A program made the translations under genes and the position numbers. Shown here piece after piece: positions 48,933 to 58,448 of a DNA stretch of 64,000 nucleotides. Each line of letters opens with the position of its first letter. Position 1 is the first letter of the stretch. This DNA is from Spirochaetia bacterium. Lineage in GTDB: Bacteria; Spirochaetota; Spirochaetia; DSM-2461. The notes under the pieces are model-generated. The model searched no databases and was not told the origin of the DNA. It was given only the letters and a program-made list of their open reading frames with translations. The stretch lies in the NCBI GenBank assembly GCA_963668315.1, contig OY764216.1, positions 2,080,001 to 2,144,000 of the forward strand, given 5' to 3'.

Positions 48933-50174
48933 ATGAACTTACGAAGAACAGTAGGGTTTTTATTGTTTGCAACACTATTTGCAGGAAGTGCTCTTTTTGC
49001 TGAAGATGATATTTATTGGGGAAGCAATTACGCTAAGGGTAATACGGTTTTCGGAGCGGCCGCCGCATATGAGAGCAGCAGGACCTTTTCATCGGATAAA
49101 GCGATAGGACTCTACCCCTCGGCGGAACTTCTTCTCTGGAAGCCGGTTATCGCCGGCTACGCCCCCTTTGACTTCGGTCTCATGGCCGAAGGACGTTTCG
49201 GTCTGCCCCTGGACGGGCAGAGCCTGCAGGCCGGCGTAGGTGCCGGCGGTACGGTGCATTTCGGATTCAAAGGGTTCGATTTTCCCTATTCCGAATATCT
49301 GGACCGTTTTGAACTGTACGCCCGGTTCGGTTTTTCCTTTGATCTCGTCAAGGGGGCCGATGATGATTTCTTCGGTACGGTCGCCACATCGGGTGCCAAC
49401 TATTTTCTGGATGACAGACTGATGGTGGGACTCTCCTACACCGGCTGGGGGAGCGGCGAAACAGGATATGACGGTGTCTCCCTGCAGCTTCAGTACCGAC
49501 TTGGAAAGAACTTACACGTGGTGGGAATGAACGGAACCTGGGAAGCCTACCAGGAGACGGTAAACGCTCTGAAAGCCATGGGGCCCGTCAGTCAGTTCTA
49601 TGCCTTCTATGCCTATGCCGTTTATTCCGGCGGTTACTACTGGGCTCCCGAATCCTATGATGAGGGGGAGGGAACGGTCTGGCGGTATTCCGAGAAAGGG
49701 GAGGATCCCTTCTATCTGGAAAGGATTCTGCTTGAGCGAACCGCCGACGGAGGAGAGTGGTGGAGCCTGCGCTACTTCAATGACGAAGGGGATGAGTATC
49801 CCTTTGAGTTTCTTATCTCCGCCGGTCAGGAGCTGGAAATGCTCTACTATCTGGATGAAAACGGACAAATCGGCTCCTATCGCTTTGATGACGACCGCAG
49901 ACAAATTGAGCTGGAAGATATGGAAAAGATCACCTACGAGGAGCTTGAGAGCATGTCCGACGGCCGGGAAACCGTTACCGTTCCGGCAGGTACGTTCGAG
50001 GATTGTCTCTATATCGTCAGCGAGGATGATGAAGCCTCCTATAAATGGTGGTTTTCCGACGATAGGGGCGTAGCGGGAGCTCTCGTCAAGTTCGTTGATG
50101 AAACGGACGATATCATCACTGCCGAACTGGAGGAATTGATCAGCGGCCGGAAAGGGGCTTTTAAGCTGAAATAG
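48933..50174 (+). CDS. Secreted/outer-membrane protein: beta-strand-rich N-domain plus C-terminal 'TVPAGTF' domain
   Basis: AGGAGG SD, signal peptide ending ALFA, alternating Gly/aromatic strands, ETVTVPAGTFEDC. Confidence 0.75.
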   Translation: MNLRRTVGFLLFATLFAGSALFAEDDIYWGSNYAKGNTVFGAAAAYESSRTFSSDKAIGLYPSAELLLWKPVIAGYAPFDFGLMAEGRFGLPLDGQSLQAGVGAGGTVHFGFKGFDFPYSEYLDRFELYARFGFSFDLVKGADDDFFGTVATSGANYFLDDRLMVGLSYTGWGSGETGYDGVSLQLQYRLGKNLHVVGMNGTWEAYQETVNALKAMGPVSQFYAFYAYAVYSGGYYWAPESYDEGEGTVWRYSEKGEDPFYLERILLERTADGGEWWSLRYFNDEGDEYPFEFLISAGQELEMLYYLDENGQIGSYRFDDDRRQIELEDMEKITYEELESMSDGRETVTVPAGTFEDCLYIVSEDDEASYKWWFSDDRGVAGALVKFVDETDDIITAELEELISGRKGAFKLK

Positions 50175-50196
50175 ATCTCTTCTTGTTTTAATCTCC

Positions 50197-50226
50197 TGCC
50201 TCCCACTTGATGGGAGGCATTTTTTT
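50197..50226 (+). terminator. Rho-independent terminator
   Basis: TGCCTCCCA-cttga-TGGGAGGCA followed by T7. Confidence 0.9.
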
Positions 50227-50306
50227 ATTATAAAATGAGTCGCATTGAAATTTCCATCAAAATATATTATCGTATCATAATGCAATGATATTTAAGGGGG
50301 CCTATC

Positions 50307-53300
50307 ATGGGGACCACTGAAAAGGGCGATCTGTTCCGTACTCTTCTGAAGGAGAAAATCCTTTTTCTCGACGGAGCGATGGGAACGATGATCCAGACTT
50401 ACGGACTGACCGAAGAGGATTTTCGCGGAGACCGTTTCGCCGGCCATCCCAAGCTTCTCAAGGGCAACAACGATATTCTCAACCTGACCCGCCCCGATGT
50501 CATACGGGAAATCCATGAAGCATTTCTGGAAGCGGGGGCCCACATTATTGAAACCAATACTTTTAATGGAACCTGCTACTCCCAGGAGGAGTACGGGACC
50601 GCCGAATATGCCTATGAGATAAACCGCACCGCCGCCGAAAACGCCCGTAAGGCCTGCGATAAATTCGATACGCCCGACTATCCCCGATTTGTGGCGGGAA
50701 GTCTGGGGCCCACGGGCAAAACCCTTTCCATCTCGCCGAAAATCGAAGATCCCGGCTACAGGGACATCGACTTTGACGGACTGGCCGCCGCTTACACAGA
50801 AGCGATCCGCGGCCTTGTGGACGGAGGGGCGGATATTCTGATAGTGGAGACGATCTTCGACACTCTTAACTCCAAGGCCGCTATCTATGCTGTCAGAAAC
50901 TACTTTGCCGAAACGGGGACGGAACTGCCCCTTATGATCTCCGGAACGATTACCGACGAGAGCGGCCGGACCCTCTCCGGTTCCACCGCCGAGGCTTTCT
51001 GGTACTCCGTTTCCCATGGCGAACCGGTTTCGGTGGGGTTCAACTGCGCCCTGGGGGCCGATAAAATGGGCCGCCATGTGGCTACTGTCTCAGCCATTGC
51101 CGACTGCGCCGTTTCGGCCTATCCCAATGCGGGGCTTCCCAATGAACTGGGAGAGTACGACGACTCCCCCGAGCTTATGGCCGAAGTTCTGGCAGGTTAT
51201 GCCGAGGCGGGCCATCTGAATCTGGTGGGGGGGTGCTGCGGAACGACTCCGGAGCATCTCAAGGCTATCGTGGAGAGAATCCGGGATATCGCACCCCGGA
51301 AAATCCCCCCGAAAAGGCCCGTCTCCACCTACTCGGGTATCGACCCTCTTGTCCTGGATGAGAACAGTCTTTTCCAGAATGTGGGAGAGAGGACGAATGT
51401 GGCGGGAAGCCGCAAATTCGCCCGCCTTATAAGGGAGAAACAGTACGAGGAGGCTCTGGAAATCGCCCGCCGGCAGGTGGACAACGGGGCCACCATTATC
51501 GATGTGAATCTGGATGACGCCCTTCTGGAATCGGAAGAGGAGATGGCCCGGTTCATAAACCTTATCGCTTCCGAACCGGAGATCAGCCGTGTTCCCATCA
51601 TGGTGGATTCCTCCAAATGGTCCGTTATTGAAGCGGGCCTGAAGAGGATACAGGGTAAATCGATTGTCAATTCCATCAGCCTTAAGGAGGGGGAAGAGGC
51701 ATTTCTGGAAAAGGCCGCTAAAATCAGACTGTACGGCGCCGCCGCCGTTATCATGGCCTTTGATGAGACCGGACAGGCCGATAGTCTGGAAAGAAAGCTC
51801 CAAATCTGCCGCCGTTCCTATAATCTTTTGACGGAAAACGGATTTCCCCCCGAGGACATCATCTTCGATGTTAACGTTTTTGCCGTGGCCACCGGAATCG
51901 CCGAACACAGAAATTACGGGGTGGATTTCATCGAAGCGGTGAGAATACTCAAGAAGCAATATCCCCTCTGCCGGTTTTCCGGCGGTATCAGCAATGTATC
52001 TTTCTCATTCAGGGGTAACGATCCCGTGAGGGAGGCAATGCACTCCGTATTTCTTTACCATGCCATTCAGGCCGGTCTGGATATGGGTATCGTCAATGCC
52101 GGGCAGCTGGCGGTTTACGATGAACTGGATCCGGAGCTCCGGGAACTGGCCGAAGATGTGATCCTGAACCGGAACGGCGGAGTTGAAGGTGACGAGGCGG
52201 AGGAGAAACTTCTGGAAGCGGCTCCCCGTTTTGCCGGTCAGGGGTCTTCCCAGAACGGCGATCAGGGAAAGGATGAAGCCTGGAGGCAGGAAGAACCGGA
52301 AGAACGTCTCAAACACTCCCTGGTCAAGGGAATTACCACCTACCTCGAAGAGGACTTGAAGGAAATCGGCCGGAATCTGGCGGCCCTGGAAATCATCGAG
52401 GGCCCCCTCATGGCCGGTATGAACCGGGTGGGCGACCTGTTCGGCGCGGGGAAAATGTTCCTGCCCCAGGTCGTGAAGAGCGCCCGTGTCATAAAGAAAG
52501 CCGTCGCCATTCTGGAACCGGAACTGGAGGAAGGGAAAACCGGTTCTACCGGTCGGGGAAAAATTACTCTGGCCACGGTTAAAGGCGATGTTCACGATAT
52601 CGGAAAGAATATTGTCGGCCTTGTACTGCAGTGCAACGGCTATGACGTGGACGATCTGGGAGTTATGGTTCCGGGAGAGGATATTCTGGACCATGCCCGG
52701 AAAACCGGTGCCAAAGCTGTCTGTCTTTCCGGGCTGATTACCCCCTCCCTCGATGAAATGGTTTACGTCGCCGGGCTTATGGATAAGCGTGGCATGGAAG
52801 TTCCCCTCTTTGTGGGAGGCGCCACGACCAGCAAGAAGCATACAGCCCTGAAAATCGCCCCGGCCAGAAAAGGTCCGGTATATCATACCAATGACGCTTC
52901 CCAGATTATCCAGGTCATGAATGATGCCCTGAATCCGGATAAAAAAGACGCCCTGAGGAAGGAAACGGAGGAAAACTATGAAAAACTCCGGACCTTGACG
53001 GCGGAAACCAGACAGAAGGCTCCCCGGTTTACGGTGGAAGAGGCAAGAAAGCGGAAGCCCCGGCTGAACTGGGATGGCTATAAGCCGATTCCCCGGGAAT
53101 CCTGGGTCGGATCTGTTCCCATTGAAGAATTGATTCCCCTTATCGACTGGAAGTTTTTCTTTGTGGCCTGGCAGATGAAAAAGAATACCCCCCAGGCGGA
53201 AAAGGATGCCCTGAAAAAAGAGGCCATGGAGATGCTCGGAGAGCTGTCCGAGAGGAAGGATTATAAGATCCGAGCCGCCTGTTCCTGGTTTCATGCCCAT

Positions 53301-53768
53301 TCGGACGGGAAGGAATCGATTATATCCGCCGGAGAGACCTGGGTCTTTCCCCGTCAGAACAAGGGAGAAATATGCCGCTGTCTGGCCGATTATGTCTGCC
53401 CCGCCCCCGGAGAGGATCTGATGGGCTATTTCGCCTCCACGGCGAAAGGGTCAAAGGCTTTGATCGACGCGGCCCGGGAGGATGATGACGATTACCGTTC
53501 TTTTATGATCGCCGCCCTTTCCGACCGGCTGGCTGAAGCGGCCGCCGAATGGCTTCACCGCAAATTTGCCGATAATAAGGGCATTCGTCCGGCTCCCGGT
53601 TATCCCAGCTGTCCCGACCATGCCCAGAAAGAGGGGATTCTGGCGCTCCTGGATGACGGCGCCCTGGGAATTGAACTCACCGAGCACTATATGATGCAGC
53701 CCGCATCGTCGGTTTGCGGTTTTATCATTCCCCATCCCGAGGCGGATTATTTCGTCGTGCTGGACTAG
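50307..53768 (+). CDS. metH: Cobalamin-dependent methionine synthase
   Basis: [57 protein letters not shown]. Confidence 0.97.
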   Translation: MGTTEKGDLFRTLLKEKILFLDGAMGTMIQTYGLTEEDFRGDRFAGHPKLLKGNNDILNLTRPDVIREIHEAFLEAGAHIIETNTFNGTCYSQEEYGTAEYAYEINRTAAENARKACDKFDTPDYPRFVAGSLGPTGKTLSISPKIEDPGYRDIDFDGLAAAYTEAIRGLVDGGADILIVETIFDTLNSKAAIYAVRNYFAETGTELPLMISGTITDESGRTLSGSTAEAFWYSVSHGEPVSVGFNCALGADKMGRHVATVSAIADCAVSAYPNAGLPNELGEYDDSPELMAEVLAGYAEAGHLNLVGGCCGTTPEHLKAIVERIRDIAPRKIPPKRPVSTYSGIDPLVLDENSLFQNVGERTNVAGSRKFARLIREKQYEEALEIARRQVDNGATIIDVNLDDALLESEEEMARFINLIASEPEISRVPIMVDSSKWSVIEAGLKRIQGKSIVNSISLKEGEEAFLEKAAKIRLYGAAAVIMAFDETGQADSLERKLQICRRSYNLLTENGFPPEDIIFDVNVFAVATGIAEHRNYGVDFIEAVRILKKQYPLCRFSGGISNVSFSFRGNDPVREAMHSVFLYHAIQAGLDMGIVNAGQLAVYDELDPELRELAEDVILNRNGGVEGDEAEEKLLEAAPRFAGQGSSQNGDQGKDEAWRQEEPEERLKHSLVKGITTYLEEDLKEIGRNLAALEIIEGPLMAGMNRVGDLFGAGKMFLPQVVKSARVIKKAVAILEPELEEGKTGSTGRGKITLATVKGDVHDIGKNIVGLVLQCNGYDVDDLGVMVPGEDILDHARKTGAKAVCLSGLITPSLDEMVYVAGLMDKRGMEVPLFVGGATTSKKHTALKIAPARKGPVYHTNDASQIIQVMNDALNPDKKDALRKETEENYEKLRTLTAETRQKAPRFTVEEARKRKPRLNWDGYKPIPRESWVGSVPIEELIPLIDWKFFFVAWQMKKNTPQAEKDALKKEAMEMLGELSERKDYKIRAACSWFHAHSDGKESIISAGETWVFPRQNKGEICRCLADYVCPAPGEDLMGYFASTAKGSKALIDAAREDDDDYRSFMIAALSDRLAEAAAEWLHRKFADNKGIRPAPGYPSCPDHAQKEGILALLDDGALGIELTEHYMMQPASSVCGFIIPHPEADYFVVLD

Positions 53769-53770
53769 CA

Positions 53771-54253
53771 GTGGAGGGCGGAGAGATCAGGGCGGCTTTC
53801 GATCGGCTCGATGAGGCCGTCATTGACGCCTGTTCCATCATCTACCTATTGAAGACCGGCGTATTCGAAAGTCTGGGAGCCATTCTCAAACTGGATACGA
53901 CGGGAGATGTCTACCGAGAGACCGGCTGGCCGCTGAAGGACGGCCGGCCCCGTCTCCCTCTGACCCTCTTTCCCTCCTCTGAAATGGCCCGCTCCAACGA
54001 TCATGGGCTTTTTCTACTGGCAAAAAGCCGATCCCTTCCTCTCATTTCCGAAGATAAGGAAGTTCTGGAAATGGCCGCCGGTGAGGGACTGCCCTATTAT
54101 AACAGCCTTATGATGCTTCTCTTTCTGCTTTACAAGGGAAGAATTACTCAAGGGGACTACGAAGAGTATAAAATACGCCTATTGGGAGAAGCCCGTTACG
54201 GAGAGAGTATTATCAAGAGGGGAGAAGAGTACTACCGCGACCTTTTTCTCTAG
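53771..54253 (+). CDS. PIN-like domain protein
   Basis: VIDACSII, VYRE, SND and LISED give the acidic PIN pattern. Confidence 0.6.
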   Translation: MEGGEIRAAFDRLDEAVIDACSIIYLLKTGVFESLGAILKLDTTGDVYRETGWPLKDGRPRLPLTLFPSSEMARSNDHGLFLLAKSRSLPLISEDKEVLEMAAGEGLPYYNSLMMLLFLLYKGRITQGDYEEYKIRLLGEARYGESIIKRGEEYYRDLFL

Positions 54254-54268
54254 GAGTGTAAGAGAGAA

Positions 54269-54294
54269 ACCACGAATTACACGATTTTCACGAA
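54269..54294 (+). repeat. 9-bp-period CACGA(A) repeat, left arm of a degenerate inverted repeat
   Basis: ACCACGAATTACACGATTTTCACGAA; 18/26 identical to the reverse complement of 55663-55688. Confidence 0.5.
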
Positions 54295-54303
54295 AAATTG
54301 GAG

Positions 54304-55526
54304 TTATGCAGAATTAAGAAAAATATATATAGTGTCAAATGATACGTCACTTCTATTTTTAATTTAGATTAGTTATATATATGTAATGTAAAGAGATAAT
54401 ATAATAATGGTAAGAGAATTGGGCTAGACATTTGATATTAAAATATATTATTTATAGAAGTCGTAAAACAACCAAAATCTCATAAGAGATAATACTAAAA
54501 ATTAAAGGACTTGATATGAGATTTAAATTTACTTTATTCATTATATTTTCATTGTTACTATTTGGTTGTACTACAAAACAACCTGTGAATGGATGGGAAG
54601 AATATTTTTGTAACATGAATTACGTGAATAATATCTATCTGGGAATTTTATTAAATAATTCAACAATAAATAATGGTAACGATTACTCTATCTATTTTGA
54701 ATTTGATTCAGATATGATAGAAGAACTAGAAATGAAGTATCATATTAATAAAATTGCTGGAAGTGGTAGTGATTTTGATAAAGCATTAAGAATAATGCAT
54801 GAATTTGCACCCAGATTAGCTCATGGTAGTACGTTTGATAATCATATAGATTTCAATTCTCTTTCTATACTTGATTATAGTTTGGACAAACCTAAAAATG
54901 GGATAAATTGTTTGAACAAGTCTAAAATCCTAATGGAATTATGTTTAAGTCAGGATATTTACGCAAGAAAAGTATCTCTTTATCCATATAATCCAATAGA
55001 TGAAGATAATCATGTCGTTGTAGAGATTTATTCAAATGAATTAGAAAAATGGATTATGCTAGATCCTTCCAGTAATACTTATTGTCAAAATAAAAATGGG
55101 GATCCAATGTCACTATTGGAGATTAGAGATAATTTAATATCAAAGTTACCTTTTACAATAATATCTCAGGAACAAATTGATGATCCAATTTATCTTGAAA
55201 CCTATCTTACTAAAAATTTAATCTTCTTAGTTTATGATTCTATAAATGGTTTTGGAAATAATAATGATAATATCCGATATTATTTATTACCTCAAAATTT
55301 TGATATAAATAAATGGTATAATACTAAATATCCTGATAGAAAAGAATATTATGAGAATAATATTTTTAAATTGATTAGTATAGATTCAATAACCAAAAGC
55401 CCGATCGCACTAAATAATTAATGAATGCATAACAATGTTTTGCTACTGTCAATTTTTCTGTCACTCATTTTGTTTACACAAAATAAGCGCCAGCCCTTCG
55501 GGACAAAATTGCAGCAGAAAACGGCG
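54304..55526 (+). mobile_element. Solitary integron-type gene cassette (no integrase in window)
   Basis: Begins G|TTATGC (54303-54309), carries one AT-rich ORF, and ends in an attC whose R'' GCATAAC is complementary to the start. Confidence 0.75.
54516..55421 (+). CDS. Transglutaminase-like (Cys-His-Asp) lipoprotein, cassette-borne
   Basis: Lipobox LFGC; INCLNKS, NHVVVEIY, WIMLDPS; very AT-rich. Confidence 0.85.
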   Translation: MRFKFTLFIIFSLLLFGCTTKQPVNGWEEYFCNMNYVNNIYLGILLNNSTINNGNDYSIYFEFDSDMIEELEMKYHINKIAGSGSDFDKALRIMHEFAPRLAHGSTFDNHIDFNSLSILDYSLDKPKNGINCLNKSKILMELCLSQDIYARKVSLYPYNPIDEDNHVVVEIYSNELEKWIMLDPSSNTYCQNKNGDPMSLLEIRDNLISKLPFTIISQEQIDDPIYLETYLTKNLIFLVYDSINGFGNNNDNIRYYLLPQNFDINKWYNTKYPDRKEYYENNIFKLISIDSITKSPIALNN

Positions 55527-55532
55527 ATAAAC
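55427..55532 (+). other. attC recombination site
   Basis: R'' GCATAAC-5nt-L'' TTTGCTAC ... L' GCAGAAA-5nt-G|ATAAAC; long imperfect palindrome with two unpaired bases. Confidence 0.75.
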
Positions 55533-55662
55533 TGATTTTAAGTTTTCTATTTTAGTGAGAATTCCTATTCAATTATAAGCTTTAATAAAAGAAAGAGTCT
55601 CCACTAACTTATAGAAGAGAACAGCGTGAGCCCAAACAGGCTTTAATGAACCACAAAAGCTT

Positions 55663-55688
55663 TTCGCTTTATTCGTGCATTTCTTGGT
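55663..55688 (-). repeat. Right arm of the degenerate inverted repeat
   Basis: Reverse complement ACCAAGAAATGCACGAATAAAGCGAA. Confidence 0.45.
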
Positions 55689-55691
55689 CAT

Positions 55692-55723
55692 AAAAAAAGC
55701 CCCCCGGCCGCAACCGGAGGGCT
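55692..55723 (-). terminator. Rho-independent terminator of ilvN-ilvB
   Basis: Minus strand AGCCCTCCGG-ttgcgg-CCGGGGGGCT followed by a T run. Confidence 0.85.
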
Positions 55724-55731
55724 CTCTGGAT

Positions 55732-57405
55732 TTATTCGTCCACCTCGTCACCTACGACAAGTTCATCGAGGGCGGCTCCCGGGGGAACCATGGGGAATAC
55801 CTTGTTGTCCGTGGGGATTTCGCAGTCCACGATAACCGGCCGGCCGGCCGCAAAGGCTTCCTTGAGAACGGGAGTCGGGTCCTCATTCGCCCCTATGCGA
55901 AGGCCCTTGGCACCGAAAGCCTCGGCGAGTTTCACCCAGTCGATGGCATAATTCAAATCGGTGGATGAGTAGCGGTTTTCGTAGAACAGAGTCTGCCACT
56001 GGCGTACCATCCCCAGGGTTTTATTGTTCATCAGAAGAATGACCAGGGGGAGTTTGTTCTGAACGGCCGTGCTCATTTCCTGGCAGTTCATGCGGAAGCT
56101 TCCGTCTCCCGCCACATTGACGACCTGTCTGTCCGGGCAGGCGAAACAGGCGCCGATAGCCGCTCCCGTTCCGTAACCCATGGTACCCAGGCCGCCCGAA
56201 GTCAGGAAGGAGTAGGGTTTCTTGAAACCGTAGAACTGGGCGGCCCACATCTGGTGCTGACCTACCTCTGTGGCCACGATGGCGTTTCCTCCGGTTACTT
56301 CCGTCAGGGCATCGAGTATCTCCTTGGGCCTTTTGCTCTGAGGCGCCCGGCTGACGGGATTCATTTTTTTGAGTTCCACAATTTCTTCCATCCATTTGGG
56401 GTGCTTCTTCTCGCCGACTCTTTTGATCAGTTCCTCCAGGGCCGGTTTCATATGGCTGATGATGCAGTGATCGGTGGGGACGTTCTTGTTGATCTCCGCC
56501 GGATCAATATCGATATGGAGGATTCTCTTGTTCTCATGGAAACCTTCGGTTTTTCCCACGACACGGTCGGAGAAGCGGGCTCCCAGTACAATCAGGAGGT
56601 CGCAGTTTTTCATGGCCAGGTTGGATGCCTTGGAGCCGTGCATTCCGATCATACCCGTATTGTGGATGTCTTCCTTATCCATGCAGTCCATGGCCATGAG
56701 ACTCAATCCCAGGCAGGCGTCGATTTTCTTGACCAGAGTGCTCAGTTCATTGGCCGCCTTGCCCAGGGTGACACCTCCGCCGGCGTAGATATAGGGGCGC
56801 TGGGCATCCATAATCATATCCACGGCTCTGTCCCAGTCCTCTTCGGTCGCCTGGGGTTTGGGAATGACGATAGGTTCCGGTTCCTTAAATTCATAGTCAG
56901 TCTTTTCGGTGGTGATATTTTTCGGAATATCGATGAGTACGGGTCCGGGACGTCCGGAAGCGGCAATGATAAAGGCTTCCCTGATGGTATCGGCCAGTTT
57001 CTCGACATCGGTTACCATGTAGTTATGCTTGGTAACGGGCATGGTAATTCCCAGAATATCCACTTCCTGGAAGCTGTCCTTTCCCAGAAGATTCATGGGA
57101 GTGTTTCCCGTAATGGCCACCATGGGGATGGAATCCATGTAGGCTGTGGCGATTCCCGTTACCAGGTTGGTGGCGCCGGGACCGGATGTGGCCATACAGA
57201 CGCCGACTCGGCCGCTTGCCCGGGCATATCCGTCGGCGGCATGGGCGGCTCCCTGCTCGTGGGCTGTCAGAATGTGATTGATCTTTCCGTCTTTGAAAAG
57301 AGCGTCATATATATTGAGAACCGCTCCGCCGGGAAAGCCGAATATGGTATCAACCTTCTGTTCCTTAAGACATTCTATAATAATTTCTGCACCTGATAAT
57401 TTCAT
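55732..57405 (-). CDS. ilvB: Acetolactate synthase large subunit
   Basis: HEQGAAHAADGYAR, TSGPGATN, GGLGTMGYG, GDGSF, LGMVRQWQ. Confidence 0.96.
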   Translation of the reverse strand: MKLSGAEIIIECLKEQKVDTIFGFPGGAVLNIYDALFKDGKINHILTAHEQGAAHAADGYARASGRVGVCMATSGPGATNLVTGIATAYMDSIPMVAITGNTPMNLLGKDSFQEVDILGITMPVTKHNYMVTDVEKLADTIREAFIIAASGRPGPVLIDIPKNITTEKTDYEFKEPEPIVIPKPQATEEDWDRAVDMIMDAQRPYIYAGGGVTLGKAANELSTLVKKIDACLGLSLMAMDCMDKEDIHNTGMIGMHGSKASNLAMKNCDLLIVLGARFSDRVVGKTEGFHENKRILHIDIDPAEINKNVPTDHCIISHMKPALEELIKRVGEKKHPKWMEEIVELKKMNPVSRAPQSKRPKEILDALTEVTGGNAIVATEVGQHQMWAAQFYGFKKPYSFLTSGGLGTMGYGTGAAIGACFACPDRQVVNVAGDGSFRMNCQEMSTAVQNKLPLVILLMNNKTLGMVRQWQTLFYENRYSSTDLNYAIDWVKLAEAFGAKGLRIGANEDPTPVLKEAFAAGRPVIVDCEIPTDNKVFPMVPPGAALDELVVGDEVDE

Positions 57406-57447
57406 TTTATGCTCCTTGTAGTTTCAGCGGGATGACCCGCCATGCCC

Positions 57448-57993
57448 TCAGGCATTGATTTCGCCTTCCAATACGGCCTGTTCCGCATGTTCTTTCATAT
57501 CTATAAGGGAGTGGTCTCCCCGGGCAATACCGGTAATACCGGTCTGAACGATCTCTTTGATTCCGAAGCTGCTCAGTTTTCTCTGAAGCCCTTCCAGTTT
57601 GGCCGTGTCTCCCACGGCTTCTATCGTAATGGATTCTCCGGCCACATCAACGACTTTCGCCTTGAAGAGTTCGGTGATCTCCCTGATTGTCGCCAGATCT
57701 TTACCTACCGTATTCACCTTTATGAACATCAGCTGTCTGATTATGGCATCTTCCGGATTCAGAACTTCTATGTGCTTGACATCGATAAGTTTGTCCAGCT
57801 GTTTGCCGATCTGTTCAAAGACGGCGTGGGAGCCGCTGGCTACGATGGTCATGCGGGAAAACTCCGGATCTTCGGTGACACCTACGGTCAGGCTGTCTAT
57901 GTTATACCCTCTGCGGGCGAATAGACCGGCCACGCGGGTGAGGACGCCGAAGTGATTATTCACTAATACAGAAAAAACACGTTTTTCATTCAT
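57448..57993 (-). CDS. ilvN: Acetolactate synthase small subunit
   Basis: NNHFGVLTRVAGLFARRGYNIDSL ACT domain; AGGAGG SD before the ATG at 57993. Confidence 0.95.
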   Translation of the reverse strand: MNEKRVFSVLVNNHFGVLTRVAGLFARRGYNIDSLTVGVTEDPEFSRMTIVASGSHAVFEQIGKQLDKLIDVKHIEVLNPEDAIIRQLMFIKVNTVGKDLATIREITELFKAKVVDVAGESITIEAVGDTAKLEGLQRKLSSFGIKEIVQTGITGIARGDHSLIDMKEHAEQAVLEGEINA

Positions 57994-58153
57994 CTTATTC
58001 CTCCTGTGCGGCTTGACCACACGGTTTTTAATATTTAAGCGTTTATAACGCTTTCTTAACAGGTCAACGTTATATCTCAAGTATAAACGTATCCCTGATA
58101 CGGGGCTGAGTTAATGTCGCAATTCTTTTAATTTGTTGAATTAAAAGCCGCGA

Positions 58154-58342
58154 CTAGCTAATGACGACTAGTAGGACGGAAAAAATGACGACGGATAGGA
58201 CGACGACGTCGGATAGGACAGATAGGGAGGGGGGGGTGAGGTGGTTGCTTGCTTTCTTAGTGCTGAAGCTCGAGGCTCCGGCGGTAAATCTGCCTGATCC
58301 CTGAGGGGAAAAACAGATCCCTTTCCATGACATTCCGGTCAT
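58154..58342 (-). CDS. Putative ilv leader peptide (62 aa, Val/Leu/Ile-rich C-terminus)
   Basis: TAAGGAG SD 6 nt before the ATG; ends ...LSVLSDVVVLSVVIFSVLLVVIS; directly upstream of ilvN. Confidence 0.7.
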   Translation of the reverse strand: MTGMSWKGICFSPQGSGRFTAGASSFSTKKASNHLTPPSLSVLSDVVVLSVVIFSVLLVVIS

Positions 58343-58373
58343 TCTAAACTCCTTAGGTAGGATATATCTTCCT

Positions 58374-58402
58374 ATTAAAGGATAGATGGGGGTTGTTGTC
58401 AA
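58374..58402 (-). promoter_or_regulatory. Sigma70 promoter of the leader-ilvN-ilvB transcript
   Basis: Minus strand TTGACA-N17-TTTAAT. Confidence 0.7.
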
Positions 58403-58448
58403 GGGATAGTTGTATAATACTTTAAGAAAAGGAAGGAGATACAAGGAT

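Noticed and set aside
50227..50306. SAM or cobalamin riboswitch upstream of metH
   Set aside because: Only about 80 AT-rich nt follow the terminator, with no aptamer motifs.
55533..55662. Second cassette or integrase remnant after the attC
   Set aside because: There is no convincing ORF, second attC or tyrosine-recombinase motif.
58154..58230. GACGAC/GGATAGGAC repeats as a CRISPR array or tandem repeat
   Set aside because: They are explained by repeated GTC/CTA/TCC codons of the leader peptide; there is no repeat-spacer structure and no cas genes.
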